From Diadema antillarum (Eukaryota): a DNA stretch of 64,000 nucleotides. Shown here one piece after another: positions 39,273 through 52,900 of this stretch. Each line of letters begins with the position of its first letter. Positions within the stretch are counted from its first letter, which is position 1. The translations under genes and the position numbers were made by a program. The DNA is taken from positions 806,001 to 870,000 of the forward strand of contig NW_027271755.1 of the NCBI RefSeq assembly GCF_040938485.1, written 5' to 3'. Under the pieces are notes generated by a model. That model ran no database searches and was not told the origin of the DNA. It saw nothing but the letters and a program-made list of their open reading frames with translations.

Positions 39273-39589
39273 TGCGTGAGACGAATGTGTAAAAACTGTA
39301 GAGCAGGTCAAAAGAGCCCTAGATAGAGTGAAGGATAAGCTATGAGAATTAGACAGTAGAACAAACATATGTGTCTTCAAAGAAGCCGGGTTAGGGAAAG
39401 ATCACTTGGTCCTCGCAAAGTGTAATTTCTGGAACTTCCATTGGACAACATATGATACAGCTTTCAAAAAAACAAGAGAGATATAGAAATACATACTTTT
39501 TCAATTCAATGTGCTCTAATTCATTTTGACAAAGTGTTCACATTTGAAGTTAGTTTGAATCATACACTGTACTTTCATTTGCATCTTAC

Positions 39590-39669
39590 CCAGCAGGTTG
39601 CACCAAGCTCGACAAGCTGGTATGAAATGAGCTCCATGTCCTCCACGAAATCGAATCGAATTCCATCAT
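39590..39669 (-). CDS. Candidate alternative first coding exon, MMEFDSISWRTWSSFHTSLSSLVQPA + GG
   Basis: Donor tgg|gtaaga at 39589. The frame is open from 39822 and exits in phase 2. An alternative reading MELISYQLVELGATCW exits in phase 0. Confidence 0.3.
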
Positions 39670-40466
39670 GACGGACACCGCAAAGATAGCACGAATATCC
39701 TCCAAATCTGAGAGACCCTTGCCATGGACGACCTGCTTGTCTGCAATCGAATGGTCAATGATCCAATTAACCTCAAGCCGAGATTCGCACAGAGGTTGTC
39801 GTGGCGAAATTGTGATTAACATCCAGTGATGCTGATTTCATTCTGAGCAAAACAAACTGGCAGGAGGGATGTCCACCATCTTTTAAAGGTGCTGCAAGAA
39901 CTGCCTTAAGATGGAAGATGGCCTCCAAATTTTACAATGCACAAAAGTTCCATCAGCCATGACTAGGAGGAGAAGTTCTCTACAACTCAAGAATCTTGAG
40001 GCAATATTCTGCATCTGAGGTTTCTTCGTTTTATGGGGAGATAAAACCACCTGTAGTTATACACTGCAGCTATTAAACTTGCTGCCCCCTTGTAGAAGTC
40101 AGCTTTCCGTATCCCTTTTGTGCATGCATGAGCCCAACCAATCTCAAATCCCCGTGGTCTGGTGGTCGTCGTGCCGTCATCTCCCATGCAGGTTAAATGA
40201 AGAGTGCCCAGGGGCAACCAGTGGCATGGGAAATTTAATATAACCCCCGACTCCACTGATGCTAGCATCAAGCAAACATAATCCCATAACTCCTGATTCC
40301 GTCAACGTTCAATCGCTCACAGCACCGTGGTTGGGTCGCCGGTAATTTCACTGGATGTATGCATTGAAAACACACATACATAACCACACACACACTCACA
40401 CATACACTTTCCCCTTGTCCTGCAACGATGTCATTTCACAAAATTCATCTGCCAGATAAGGATTAC

Positions 40467-40573
40467 CAAAACATGCCTCTTATTTGTTCTGGCTTCCCCT
40501 CTCGATGCGATGGGTCGTCGTCAATTTCAGCAAGAGGAAGGCCGTCTCGGAAGGAATTCCTTCCTTGTTCCAT
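40467..40573 (-). CDS. Candidate alternative first coding exon, MEQGRNSFRDGLPLAEIDDDPSHREGKPEQIRGMF + TG
   Basis: Protein-like frame ending at donor tg|gtaatc in phase 2. The donor is only moderate. Confidence 0.25.
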
Positions 40574-41361
40574 TTCATTCACAATGGTCCACACTGCTGC
40601 AGCACTGGGCTGACACATTTTCGGTTCAATGTCACACCAATCTGATATTTGCGTCTGCACGTCACAGCAATAAATCACAAATCTGTGGAATACACTGTCA
40701 AATTGGTTGGCACTTCAAAACAGAAGAGAAAAAATATGAGTTCTCTCTGAAGCACTATGGTTAATGTCGTACCTGACTTTGGTCTGCATTCCGCATTCAG
40801 CTGTCAACATCCAGATGGTCGAGCAGAGAAGCAGAAAATAACTGCTTGTCCGTTACTGACACATGGCATTTCATTATCCTCGTTTGTTCCTTTCCATTTC
40901 TGCCTCAGAAAACTAATCAGCTATATGCACTGATGTTCCAACAAAGGATCTGATTGCCAGTCCTTTAAATGCGACAACCAAAACACAAAATACAAATCAA
41001 AACAAAACAAAAAATACCTGCGATTTTACCCCCCCCCCCCAAAAAAAAAAAAAAAAAAAAATTGAAGAGATGATGAAGTGGTCAACATTCTCTCGAAGAC
41101 AAATGTCCTCACCTTATTAAAAAGACTTTTCATCACGAGAAAAGAAAAAAGAAAGTGTCCAGACACCACCAGATAAAAAGCGTGCAATTATTCCACACGT
41201 GACACCGTTATACCAAACCTATGTCCCATCCAGTTTCCAGCAATGCGACCGGTAGCAACTTCACAAAGGAGGATTTGTCGTGAATGAACACTACAGATGA
41301 GAATAGCCACGAATCGGTCTTCCAGGGCTAATCCAACAATTCCTGCTCACACACAGACACA

Positions 41362-41392
<31 letters not shown>

Positions 41393-41732
41393 CCTAATCT
41401 TGTGCCGGAGTATCAACCACCAGCCCCGCTTTGTAGACTCACACAGGAACAATTCAGAGCCCAGTGGTGTGGTGGTCTTCCACATAGCTTTGGTGGAGAT
41501 AAATCCACATGCGACAAGGATACTTGACAAGTGTGTCAACAAAAGTCTCTCTTTTTTAAGGGGAGAAAAACATTTGCTTGTTTGTCAGAGCTACAATTTA
41601 CATGTATTTCTTCTCCCCTAGCTCAAACCTCCTCCCTACCGGCACATCATTATAGCCAATATGGACACAACTTTCCCCAATAGGTCTACCTAGGACAATC
41701 AAAATGGCCTGCTGTAAACTACAGGGATGTGT

Positions 41733-41763
<31 letters not shown>

Positions 41764-42317
41764 GGGGGGAGGGGGGGGGTAGGGGGTCAGCGTAACTATG
41801 GAAGCCCCTCAAGACGGGACTGACTTTGTAATTACTTCCAAAATGAGCTTTTCTCCCCACGGCTAAAGCTAACAGCTGAGGCACAAAGGGTGTGCGTGTG
41901 AAGGAAAGGGGGAGGGGGGAGATATCAAGTGAATGAAAACAAGAAAAAAAAAACAGGAATAGAGAGAGTCAAATATGACACAGATTACCATGCTATTATA
42001 GTGTTATAGATTATACAACCTGAAGAAATAATCATTATTGTGACACAAATTTTTAAAAAGTACAATATGTAGCACAGATCACAAATTATAAATCTAGTAC
42101 ACTGCCTTTACAGCTGATTGATAAAAGAGGAAGAAAAATTGTAAAACTGTCAGTGTTTATACTTTTGGGGACTGTACATACGTTACTGTATAGGCCTATC
42201 ATATTTTCTGTCTGCTGCTTGAACTTTGCATGTGAGTGTGGGTCCATGAGAGTGTGTGTGCGCATGTGTTGCCTGTGTATACTTACATGTCTGTATATGT
42301 GCATGCATGTGAAATAT

Positions 42318-42357
<40 letters not shown>

Positions 42358-42659
42358 GTTGTACTGTATACTTGAGAAATGTGTGTACATTTAGGGAAGA
42401 AATTCAGAAAAATGAGAAGTGAGAGTAATGATGACAGGCAGAGTACAAATCACAGTCACGAAGAGAGGAAGTTGGGATGGGGGGGGGGGGGGGGGATCGG
42501 AGGATCGGAGGTTGCCAAGATTGGACATCACACAGAGACAGACAAAAGAAGAGGGGTGTAGATGCGTACCACAGATACTTGTACCATCTATGTGTACACA
42601 CTGACAAAGAATGCAATTGCTACAGATTGGTTGTAGGACCTATATTGTGGCGAGCTACA

Positions 42660-42912
42660 AGAAGGGGGAGGGTTTGTTGTTGCTGTTGTTGTGGAGGTGG
42701 TTGGATCGGTGATGGTTGTAGTGTCAATGGTGGTAGTAATGGTGATGATTGTGGTATTGTTGGTGGTTTGGTCGTAGTGGTGGTAATGGTGGTGATGGTG
42801 ATGATAGTGGTGGTCGTAGTAGTGGTGGTAGTTGTAGAAGTAGTTGTAGAAAGTAGTGGTATTAGTGGTATTAGTGGTAGTGAGTGGTATTGGTGGCATT
42901 GGTGGTAGTGAT
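42660..42912. repeat. GGT/GTA/GAT trinucleotide low-complexity tract
   Basis: Directly visible. It explains the Val-, Thr- and His-rich ORFs at 42477-43102. Confidence 0.9.
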
Positions 42913-42947
42913 GTTGGGGTGTGGAAAAGCAGGGAAGTGCAACTGAA

Positions 42948-43307
42948 AGGTCCTGTTTACTTTTTGAGCAGTGATTTAAAAAAATGTTCAATATATCACA
43001 TTTAATGCATATGTGTAGGTCTGTTGTATCACAAAACATCCTACCACATAAAATGTTTGCAATAAATCCTAAAATATAAGGAGATATCAGAATTTTTCTC
43101 ATTAAACCATAACTGTAGACGGTTTAGTCTGGAAACATTTTTATTATAACTATTGTTCACATTCTGTGTATTTAACAATACTTAATATTGATAATACAGC
43201 TTCAAATTTTTACAGTGGTTGTTTTTGATCCCTAACTCACATTTTAGAACTATTTTAGAGCACTAATGCTGGGTTTTTGTTTCTTCTGCAAATTGTAAAT
43301 TATGCCT
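42948..43307 (+). mobile_element. Kolobok-type MITE, family K1
   Basis: tgaa|aggtcctgtttac...gtaaattatgcct|ttaa. Aligns to 10008-10356. Confidence 0.85.
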
Positions 43308-43889
43308 TTAAAAGGGCAGCAAGACAAAGGATAGTGACGCTTCTGTCCTTACTATTGGCAACTTGTCTGGACACATTGTCCTTTGTGTACATGAAGATAG
43401 AGAATGTTTTCTGCACAGATGAAACAACAGCAGGCAAGCCATAACAATGAGTGGGGAGGGGAGGGGGGGAATATGAGAAGTTGAAGGAAAAAAAAAGCTT
43501 TTTCATACAGAAACAGAACAAAAGAGAAACCCTCGGCTTCGAAAATTCTGTAGAGAACAATATTAAACACAAACAGAGTGGATGAGAAGGCAGGGATGCT
43601 GAGGGAAACTTTCTTTCCAGACATGAATGTTCTCGGAAAGTAATAGAATACTGATGTGAGAGACAAAAGGAGTATCAGCTGGAAATGTGAAGATGAGTAT
43701 ATGGGAAGCATCACTGGGCAGCATCACTGAAGAAGGGTTAGAAATGGTAGGGGATGGAGGATTGGAGGAACCAGATACCCAGCTCACATCTGGAGAAGTG
43801 TTTTAGAAAGTGAGCCTGAAAAAAGGATATATCAGAAGGTGCTGGGGCAGAATTTGGGAGAACAGAACAAGGCATCATGTGTAGATATT

Positions 43890-44171
43890 GAATTGTCTGG
43901 AAGGAAAGATGAAAGATGATGATGACAATAATGGCAACGGTAATATTAGCAGTATCGTAATATCAATAGCAGGAGTTGCAATAACAACAATCTTTAATGA
44001 TAATGATACTGATACAACTTTGACTACTACTAATAATAAAGATCATTTTAACGATGATTATGATAGTGATTGTAATAATGACGGTAACAATGAGAATGAG
44101 ACTTTATAATGCCACAACTCCACCGCACCGAATATGATGCTCAGAGAACACATGATAATGATGACGATGGT
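43890..44171. repeat. Degenerate (GAT/AAT)n tract abutting the gap
   Basis: Directly visible. Confidence 0.8.
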
Positions 44172-44329
44172 NNNNNNNNNNNNNNNNNNNNNNNNNNNNN
44201 NNNNNNNNNNNNNNNNNNNNNNNNNNNNNNNNNNNNNNNNNNNNNNNNNNNNNNNNNNNNNNNNNNNNNNNNNNNNNNNNNNNNNNNNNNNNNNNNNNNN
44301 NNNNNNNNNNNNNNNNNNNNNNNNNNNNN
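44172..44329. other. Assembly gap (158 N)
   Basis: Run of N. Confidence 1.
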
Positions 44330-45072
44330 GGTTGGGAAAGATTTAGGGTACAACAGAGAGCGTAAGGGTTAGTGATGATGAAGCAGATAAAGTCGGGGGG
44401 GGGGGGGGAGAAAACTAAGTGGAGGACTGGAGAAAAGAGAAAAGGAAGGGAGGTAAAGATAGACAAGAGCTATGAGGGCAGGAGAAATTGGTTCAACAAC
44501 CACGAAGGAAAGAAGGAAAATTAAGAGTGGAGGAGAATTACTTTACTTTCACACGTTACGAGAGTGCTGGTTTGAATGCTGAATTACGAACATGACTGCA
44601 ATCATGATTCGATTCATCTTTCGTTCATATGACCAAGGAAGGCTTCGCGGATTCTACGATTTTGAATTTCAGAGCGAGGAGGGGAGGTTTGGCTTCTTAT
44701 CAAGTTCACATCAATCACTTTTGAGCCTTAAAAACGCAAAATGTTGACTGCAGTGCGAGTGTTTGAGGAGTCCGGTCTTTTTGTGGAAGGGGTCCAAAGG
44801 TCACCATAAACGCCGCCCCGAAACACAAATGGAGGTCAATCACATTCATGGTCATTTCGCTGTTTAATTCTGGTAAAACGCGATTGGAAAACACCTCCGG
44901 CCAGTCATTTGAAACACTACTGGAATTATGATTCAAATCACCATCCATGATCCCAGTTCGCATTTACACAGCAACAATGCGAAATAATTAAACACGATTT
45001 TAGTGATGGGCCATTTACAATCATGTTTCAAATCAAGCACTCTTAGTATGTGAATGCTAGGTGAGAATAACA

Positions 45073-45508
45073 GGATGTTCAGACGCAAAAAATCTATACT
45101 AGAATGGTATAGCTATACAAAAACGATATACATGTAGCTATATGAGAACTTACAAGTCTGAACGCTGACTAACAAAAAGACGTATAGCGAAACGACAGTC
45201 AGAGCATTGTTGCGAACTAGAACTCAATACCGAATCAGCACTCCATCGTGTCCATTGTGCGTCTGAACGTATGGCGACCATAGAACAGTATAGCTGGGCG
45301 GGGTTTAATGGGAGCGAGCATGAAAGGTGACTTTGTACCTGTCACTCATGACCATAACAACATGTGCAGTGAGAAACTGCATGTCTATACGACGTTTTCC
45401 CAGAATGGTTGAAATCAGCGTCTGAACAGTCTGTCGGCTATACGATGATTCTTTACGTCGTTTCTTTTTCGAGTTTTGGTATAAACTGGCTTGCGTCTGA
45501 ACAGGGGG
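45073..45508 (+). mobile_element. Non-autonomous element with subterminal inverted arms TGTTCAGACG...CGTCTGAACA, copy 1
   Basis: Collinear with 63216-63656 over about 430 bp. Confidence 0.85.
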
Positions 45509-47629
45509 TTATGCCAGAGAGGAAATGACGGAGTGGGCAAGAGGGAGAGGGAGAGAAGGGGGGGGGGGGGGGGAGAGGAGGCCAATAAATGCTTGCATAC
45601 AGTACCCACCTTGTATTGATTGTGTGACACTGGTGGTGATTACAAACCCAATAGCCATAGAGGTTCCTTTGTCCCCCCATGGAGACCAGATTATACACAC
45701 TATGCACTCCAGGCACTTTGATTAAATCACCAATATCCATATTCCAACATTATCCTGCTTGCTCACACCATGGACCTACCTTGTAAGTCCATGCATGCTC
45801 ACACAAACCCAAATACCACAAGCTGACCACTCACCACTCCCATTCAAACTGGAGAATCTTATTTCTGATATAAATGGATGAATTATTGTACAACACAAAG
45901 GGAATGTTGCTTGTCATATGCTATAGAAACTCAACTATTGTTATTGAATTTTAAAGCAATGTATGGACATACACCTGATGTACATGTATGCTTCCTTCAA
46001 ACTTTTAGTCTAAATGCTGCACATAGACTTAAGAATACCAATATATAATATACAATATACAATATTATGGTTGTTTGAGCAACATTCTGTATAATCAAAC
46101 TACACTGGTGGTTTAAGCAACATTTTCTACAATTAGTTAATAAGTTCTATAGGGTGGTGTGTAAGAATGTTCTTTTCTTATAACTTTGCAAGTACCTAAG
46201 GTAGCTTGTTATGTTTCTAACTTTGTGATTTGTTTTGTTCACAACCGTGTGAATGAAAAACTCAATCATTCACAATGCAAATCTATAGGCCATCTTGAAT
46301 TCGTTTTAAAGAGAAAAACGCTTGAACGAGGACAATATTACACACCTACAAAGGTACATGTAAGTACAATAAGACAAAATTCTCAGTAACAGATGGTGGC
46401 AATCTTCAGAAGCATGCAAAATACTTTACGCACTTGCATTGTATGTTTTATTCTGCATTCACATTATCAAATTTGAAAGTCATACGTTCTTGCTGAGAGT
46501 GTATGCATAAGGGCAGGGAACCAGACAGCTTTAAATCATACAGGCAATAACAAGAATGCAGGAAATACATCTAACCTCATAAATAAATATGGTTGCCAAG
46601 GGCAACAGCAGATGCCTGTACTTATAATGGTTGGTTAGCATGCCTCTCATCCCTCTACCCCCCCCCCCCCCCCCCAATCTACATTCCAGAAAAGTACATC
46701 TTTGTAGATATGCAACCCACAAGTCAAACAGCAATCTGGAAATACCTTTAAACACAACCTTGGAGTGATATTTTCTTGTAGGAATTTTTTTAAAAGTCAA
46801 TCACATATATACAATGGCCAAGAAATGAAAAATAAAATAAAATCTGTGAAGAAAAGAAGTCATCCTACATTTTCCCCTCCGAGACCAATTACGTTAATCC
46901 TGGCAGACAAGCCAGGGGGCTATACTGCATGTCTGACCAAAGGTCAAAGGCGCTTGGCATACCTGGGGAGCTGAAATGCTTCCTATTTGTTATGAATCTA
47001 TAATCTTTAAGAAAAAAAGAAAAAAAAAGGACTCTGACCTCCCACGCAATTTACAGGTTGGAATGCAGAGGTCATGCGGGGTCACATGATCACAATGTGA
47101 GCCGATGGAATGCAGAGTCACATAAGTCAATGTCACCGTTTGTTTTCCTTGGTTATAAAACACATTTCCTGCATTCCTACCGATTGGGGCGGAATCAGGA
47201 ATCAAATATAAGGATTTGGCAGAGAAGGACTGAAGGAGGGAGAAAGAGAGAAGTTTAGGGATGGAAAACAATTGGAGAAGACAAGAATACTGAACGACAA
47301 GGAAAGTTTGTTTTGTTTTTTTTCCCACGACCATGTTCTACTGCCATCACTTCCATGATACACGCTGAATAATCGGTGTAATGCAAAACTGTGGAGGGCT
47401 TTTCTTAATGTTTTACAAGGTGTAAATATCACATCCTGCTTTATTGTTTCTATATTTCCAGAGTCGAAACTTACATGTTTGTAACATCCTTATCATTCTC
47501 ATTCTCACACACCAAATATTGTCTCTCCCTTTTCTTGTACACTCTCTTGATATTACTATTATATGTATCAATCATGACGGAGCATCACATCAGGCAATAT
47601 TTAAATCTGACCTTTCTGTGCGAGTATAT

Positions 47630-48034
47630 GGGTGTGTTCGAGTGCTCTAAAGCGAACCAAAGCGTACCGTACTGAACTGTGCCAGATTTGAAGCGTTCGA
47701 GCGCTCTGTCGAGAAAGCGTACCTCACGAGTTATTTTTAGAAAAGGTCACGCATTTTTGTAGCAAGAATGTCATCCACCTGGCGCTTGAACTACTTACAG
47801 CTGTCCCGAACACAGAGAATGATGCTTTTGCATTGTGGCGTATGCGCATGATACACGCATGCTTTACAGCGAACTTTTGGTACGCTTTTTGGTACGCTTT
47901 TGGTACACATCGGGAAGTGGTCCACTTTTGGCTCGGTACAGTACGGTACAGTACACTTTAGGAGCGTTCGAGCGCTCCTCTGGCGCGGGTACGGTATGGT
48001 ACAGTTCGCTTTAGGAGAGCACTCGAACGCACCC
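47630..48034. mobile_element. PIF/Harbinger-like MITE, 405 bp
   Basis: TIRs GGGTGTGTTCGAGTGCTCT and AGAGCACTCGAACGCACCC, with internal GGTAC(A/G)GTAC repeats. TSD not clean. Confidence 0.85.
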
Positions 48035-48340
48035 TCATGATACTGTGGGGTTTTCTGTGCCATTTGGCACTAAAAACATATGAAGGGTTAAGAAAAAGAA
48101 ATCATCGAGATTAAATTCAAAGGAGATGACGAGGGATGAAAGTGTGTAAAATAGAGGCTGGTAAGTATTTCTTTGGTAATTGTGTCAGAATGATATTCTG
48201 GATTATTTCTATCATAAATATTGGCCTAACTATCTAGCAATATCCAGATTTGATATGGTTCTTCTTCAAAAAGGTTACACCTGGTAAACAGGTGTTAATC
48301 ACAAATTTGCTTGAGGCTCCCTGACTGTTTAAAAACTGAG

Positions 48341-48840
48341 AGGGATGGTGCAGTTTGGGTTGAGATGGGGATTCAGGTTCTAACTTTTTGTATTGAAATT
48401 ATTTACCCACTTCTACATTTTTACTTCCTTGCCCACTCTTCTCCATCTTGCCATATTTGTTATTCTCTATACACGTACATATCTCCTTACCTGTTGTGCA
48501 ATACTCTCACTTATCCCATTTTTTTGTTGCTCAGGTCTGATGGGTATAATATCTTTTTTGTCTTTTTTTTTCACATATGCTTATAATATCAGTGTCATTT
48601 TAATTTCTTTTTGATGAGTCTAATGTAAAGCAACCGTATCAGCCTTCGAGCTGCTGGATTGTTATTTTATTTTTCTTTTATATTTGCACAATAAACCACA
48701 TTGAATTGAAAAAAAATAGTGAGATGATTATTAAAAACTACTTAAATAAGAATTAAAGAGCACACATTTCTGAGAGGAATTCAAAGTTTATTTGATGAAA
48801 ATCAGTTTTTAAATGACTGAGATAATGTCAAAAAACATAA
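48341..48840 (+). mobile_element. Kolobok-type element, family K3, split by a LINE 3' end
   Basis: 48341-48390 and 48720-48840 are collinear with 10395-10520. Confidence 0.65.
48391..48718 (+). mobile_element. LINE (CR1/L2-type) 3' UTR fragment
   Basis: T-rich UTR ending caataaaccacattgaattgaaaaaaaa. It interrupts the K3 element. Confidence 0.65.
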
Positions 48841-49240
48841 AGGTACTAATACACAGTAAAAGGCAGGACCCATCTTATATATGTTTTACTATTTTGTTTG
48901 TTTGTTTGTTTGTTTGTTTGTTTGATATCTCAGCCAATTGCCGCCCACGCAGTCAGTCAATTTATCATGCTGAACATGTTGTGGGCACACCATCCAGGCA
49001 TCAGTTGACTGGCAGATTTTCATCACAAGAGGGCAGCATTTCTCTCCTAATCACATGAAAAATTGACTGTGGTAGATGGAGATGTAGGCAGGCAATGACA
49101 GAGGGGCAAAAAAAAAAACATGCTGTCACCCAAGTGCTGTATCACAGCACACTCAAGGCCAAAGTCTTTTAAAAGAAGAAGGAAAAAAAATAATAATGTA
49201 ATAGACTGGAAGGGTAGTTGTCCATTTATATAAAGCTTAA

Positions 49241-49803
49241 AGGACATGTTCACCTTCATAAACATAAGGATTGAGAGAATGTAGCAATATTAGTAGAACA
49301 CATCATTACAAGTTTGAGGAAAATCAGACAATCCGTTCAAAAGTTATGAATTTTTGAAGTTTTTGTGCAGTACCCGCTGGATGAGAAGACTACTGCAGTG
49401 TATGAATAACTTAGATGTCACATGCGTACAACAATATAAGGAAAATATAAAGAGAATTTCACAAAATTCCATCTTTTGAAAAAAGTACACATTCCCCTGA
49501 CTCGTTACCGACAAATGTTATGGGTAATATTATTCCCCCTGCCTTTAGAAAGAGGCAAGTCAAGTGCACTTTTATTATGCCAAAAAAGTGAAAATATGTT
49601 GAATTTTCTTTTACATTTTCTTTATACTGTTGTACGCATATGACTCACAAGCTGTAGTAGTCTCCTCATCCAGCGGTTCCAACACAAAAATTTAAAAAAT
49701 TCATAACTTTTGCATCGATTGTGCAATTTTCCTCAAACTTTCACTGATGTGTTCTACTAATATTGTTGCATTTTCTCAAACCTTATGTTTATGAAGGTAA
49801 ACT
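49241..49803 (-). mobile_element. Kolobok-type palindromic MITE, family K2
   Basis: Reverse copy of 35073-35641. The right TIR lacks its terminal few bases. Confidence 0.9.
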
Positions 49804-49807
49804 TTAA

Positions 49808-49975
49808 AGGCACTGTTTACCATTGGGAGCAGTGATTTCAAAAATGTTCGAGATATCACATTTGATGCATGTGTCGGTCAAATGTATCACAAAACATCCT
49901 ACCATATAGAAATTTTGAAATAAAGCTTAAAATATAAGGAGATATCACTACTTTCCCCACTCAACCATGAGGTGT
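49808..49975 (+). mobile_element. Kolobok-type MITE, family K1, 5' half only
   Basis: ttaa|aggcactgtttaccattgggagcagtg. Similarity to 10008 stops near 49975. Confidence 0.8.
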
Positions 49976-52900
49976 AAGGTGGATTGCATGTGCAGAGTGG
50001 TGAGTGCATGAAAGTGTGTGAGGCCTTCAATGTGTTTTGGAGATTTGAAAGTCATTTAATGATCATACAACAAAATTATGTGATTCTTAAGCTTTGTCTT
50101 TAGAATATTCTGACCGACTTGGACTGCAGTACAATGAAAGCTTCACTTACGATTCCATTCCTGTCACATGTAGCTTGCAGTATGTGGTGATTGAATATCA
50201 AGCTGTGATCCCCATTAGATGTGTGACTACAGTCTATTTAGTTTCTGTCACTGTTTTTGTGTGCTAGAGTCATGCCTGGACAATATACTAGTACTAGCTA
50301 ATGGTTAGTTCAAAGAAATAATAATCATAGATTTGTCATGAAATTTATATCACAGCAAATCTTAGCAGCTTCTCTACAACTTTACTCAACGTATGTCCAG
50401 CATAACAAACATCTATGTAAAAGTTACTAGGATCTGAAGAACTGAATGTTTTCCCAAAGCATGCCTATGTTGCAGTCTTAATAGAATGATGTGGCACACA
50501 GGGGGTTTACACCGTGGCGCTGAAAGAGTTAACAAAGCCATTTTTTTCAACGCATCATTCTCCGTCATTGTTATAATCCACTGCACAGTATTAAATTTTC
50601 CTACTGGCCTTTAACATAATCACCTCACACAGCACAAACAAGAAATAAGAGAAACAAGGAAAAGCACGAAAAAAAAAAACGACTACAAGATGGGGGAAAA
50701 AATGAATCAATAGAAGAAAAAAAAATGAATAGAGGGTATCAGTGATCTTTGTTTTTGTAAGCATTCACTAATGCCAGAGCAGGCATGCATCTGATGATGT
50801 GACAGATCATGTCACAGTCGGTAGATTATCCTTTTCCTGACATCTCATCCATGTGTATAATCCTACAAGCTCCAGTGAAGACCCTTGCCATACTTTACGA
50901 GCACTGTGAGTCTGCAGCGGAGAGCGCGGTTCAGCAACACGATCGGTCCTCCCCTGCGATGACTCGTCTATTCGAGCGTAACACGATAGCGCGATGCCTG
51001 ATCGTGACGTTGCAGCGCAGAAGTTATATTTGTCCTGCCCCTCGGAAGAGCTCACGGCGAAGGAGACGCAGCAGATTAAGAAGGGATTTGGAATGTTGTA
51101 GGTACGATCATCATGACTCTCTGTTGGATGCTTTCCAACGTTATGACAAATCTTATCTGAAGATGACACGCTGTATCTGAATAGTGTAAACTACATCTCA
51201 CTGTCTACAATCATAATCACACATGTATGTCACATCAATAAATTAATCCTTGCAGGACAAATGTAGGCCTATCACAATTTGATAGCTACTAATCATGACA
51301 CATTATTCCCTCCAGATGTGATCTGGTTTAATGTACTCTATTGCATTTCTTCCCAATTCCTTTGACTCTTCAGAGCACAACTCTGATCCAAATACCAATT
51401 GACAATTACGATATACAGAAGAAAAAAATCAATCAATCAAACAAAAAAAAAATCAATCAATCAAACAAAAACAAAATAAACAAAACTTACTATCAGTTCA
51501 GTAAAAGAGTGATATTTGGCCTGAGTATAAATTATTGACCTGCATACAAATCTTCACTTCATCTCCACGTTAGAATTGAAATACAAATCAAATATTAACA
51601 ACATTTCCATCAACTTACATGTATGTACAGCTGTAGCTCTGACCATAACTTTGAATTCATTCATTTGGGGAAAGTCTAGAGCATCTATATTGTTGACCTT
51701 TTGATGCGATTTCCCAAATTAAATGCATAATTTGAAAAAAAAAACAAAAAAAAACAAAAAAACTGGCAGCCGATACCAAAGCATTTAGCAAGATTTGAGC
51801 AAGATAAAAATGGTGTACTTTTAAAAGTTTCAACAAAAACCTTCTTTATCGCATCTTCAATCAAACCATAATCTGCTTAATATGTATTTTAACAAATAGT
51901 TTAATTTACTTAAAATAATGATAAAATAAAAGCAAAAGAATACAGGAACAGTGGTGCATCAACTAAATATCACCAGAAGCATCATATCTTGTTGAACCTG
52001 TGCTTTGCTGAAGACTATCATTGTTGCCATGGTAACTTCCTATTAGGCAAAAAGTGCCCTGTGGAGCCTGCGCAGAAAATTTCCTTCGCAAGCAGCGGAC
52101 ACATCCTTCCAAGTCTTTCAGTGCACACACCCTACTGTGTACCAATGACCCATGTCAAAAGAATGTCTGTGTACATAAGATACACTGTACCATACGGTAC
52201 ATTGTTGATTGATTGCAAAAGGACAGTAGAGGGCTCACTCACTTGAGGCTGTATGGAAATACTGGTGAGTCTCACATTTAGCTAAATCTCCACAGGCATA
52301 AATTCTAAATGTAAACAATACAAAAATTTATATTAAAAAATGAAGATTGAATGCCTTCATTATATTTCAGTTTTCCAATCTTTATTCCAGCTCTGAAATA
52401 TACAAGAGGAGTGTCAAACTATTAGAACCCTGCTCATAGGTTCTGAAAGGAAGGCTGTAGTTGCACCAATATCCAGTTGTATGAAGGGGTACCCGGTGCA
52501 AAGGGGAACATGTTTAAATGTTAATGTGGTGTGGATGTATTCAGCTTGAGTGCACCTCGAGGAGGCAGTCTGTATTCAGAGTGCTCCCTACGGGAGAGGA
52601 GTCAGTGCGCTACAAGTTTGATTCTGTGGTGTGATAATAAAGGTATGCGGTAAAAATACACAACATGAGCAAAGGATGCTGTTACAAGAAAATGTGGAAT
52701 AATAATTCCTTCTAAAAATCATCACTGTTCTTTTTCCTTCAAGTGACCACAACAATAATATTCCCTATTTGCAACAGGGTGCCTATTTGTGGCAAGGGCC
52801 CTTCCATTCGTTGATGAAAAGGCACAATCAGGTGTAAGTGTGCTCTCACTTCCCAGAACACCTTCGAGTAACTACCACATTTGTTCTAAAGTGGGACTAT

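Noticed and set aside
42477-43102. ORFs of 143, 103 and 160 aa rich in Val, Thr and His
   Set aside because: They are translations of a GGT/GTA/GAT microsatellite plus a K1 MITE, not coding sequence.
50000-50532. Possible piggyBac right end (gaaagag|ttaa)
   Set aside because: No partner left TIR was found.
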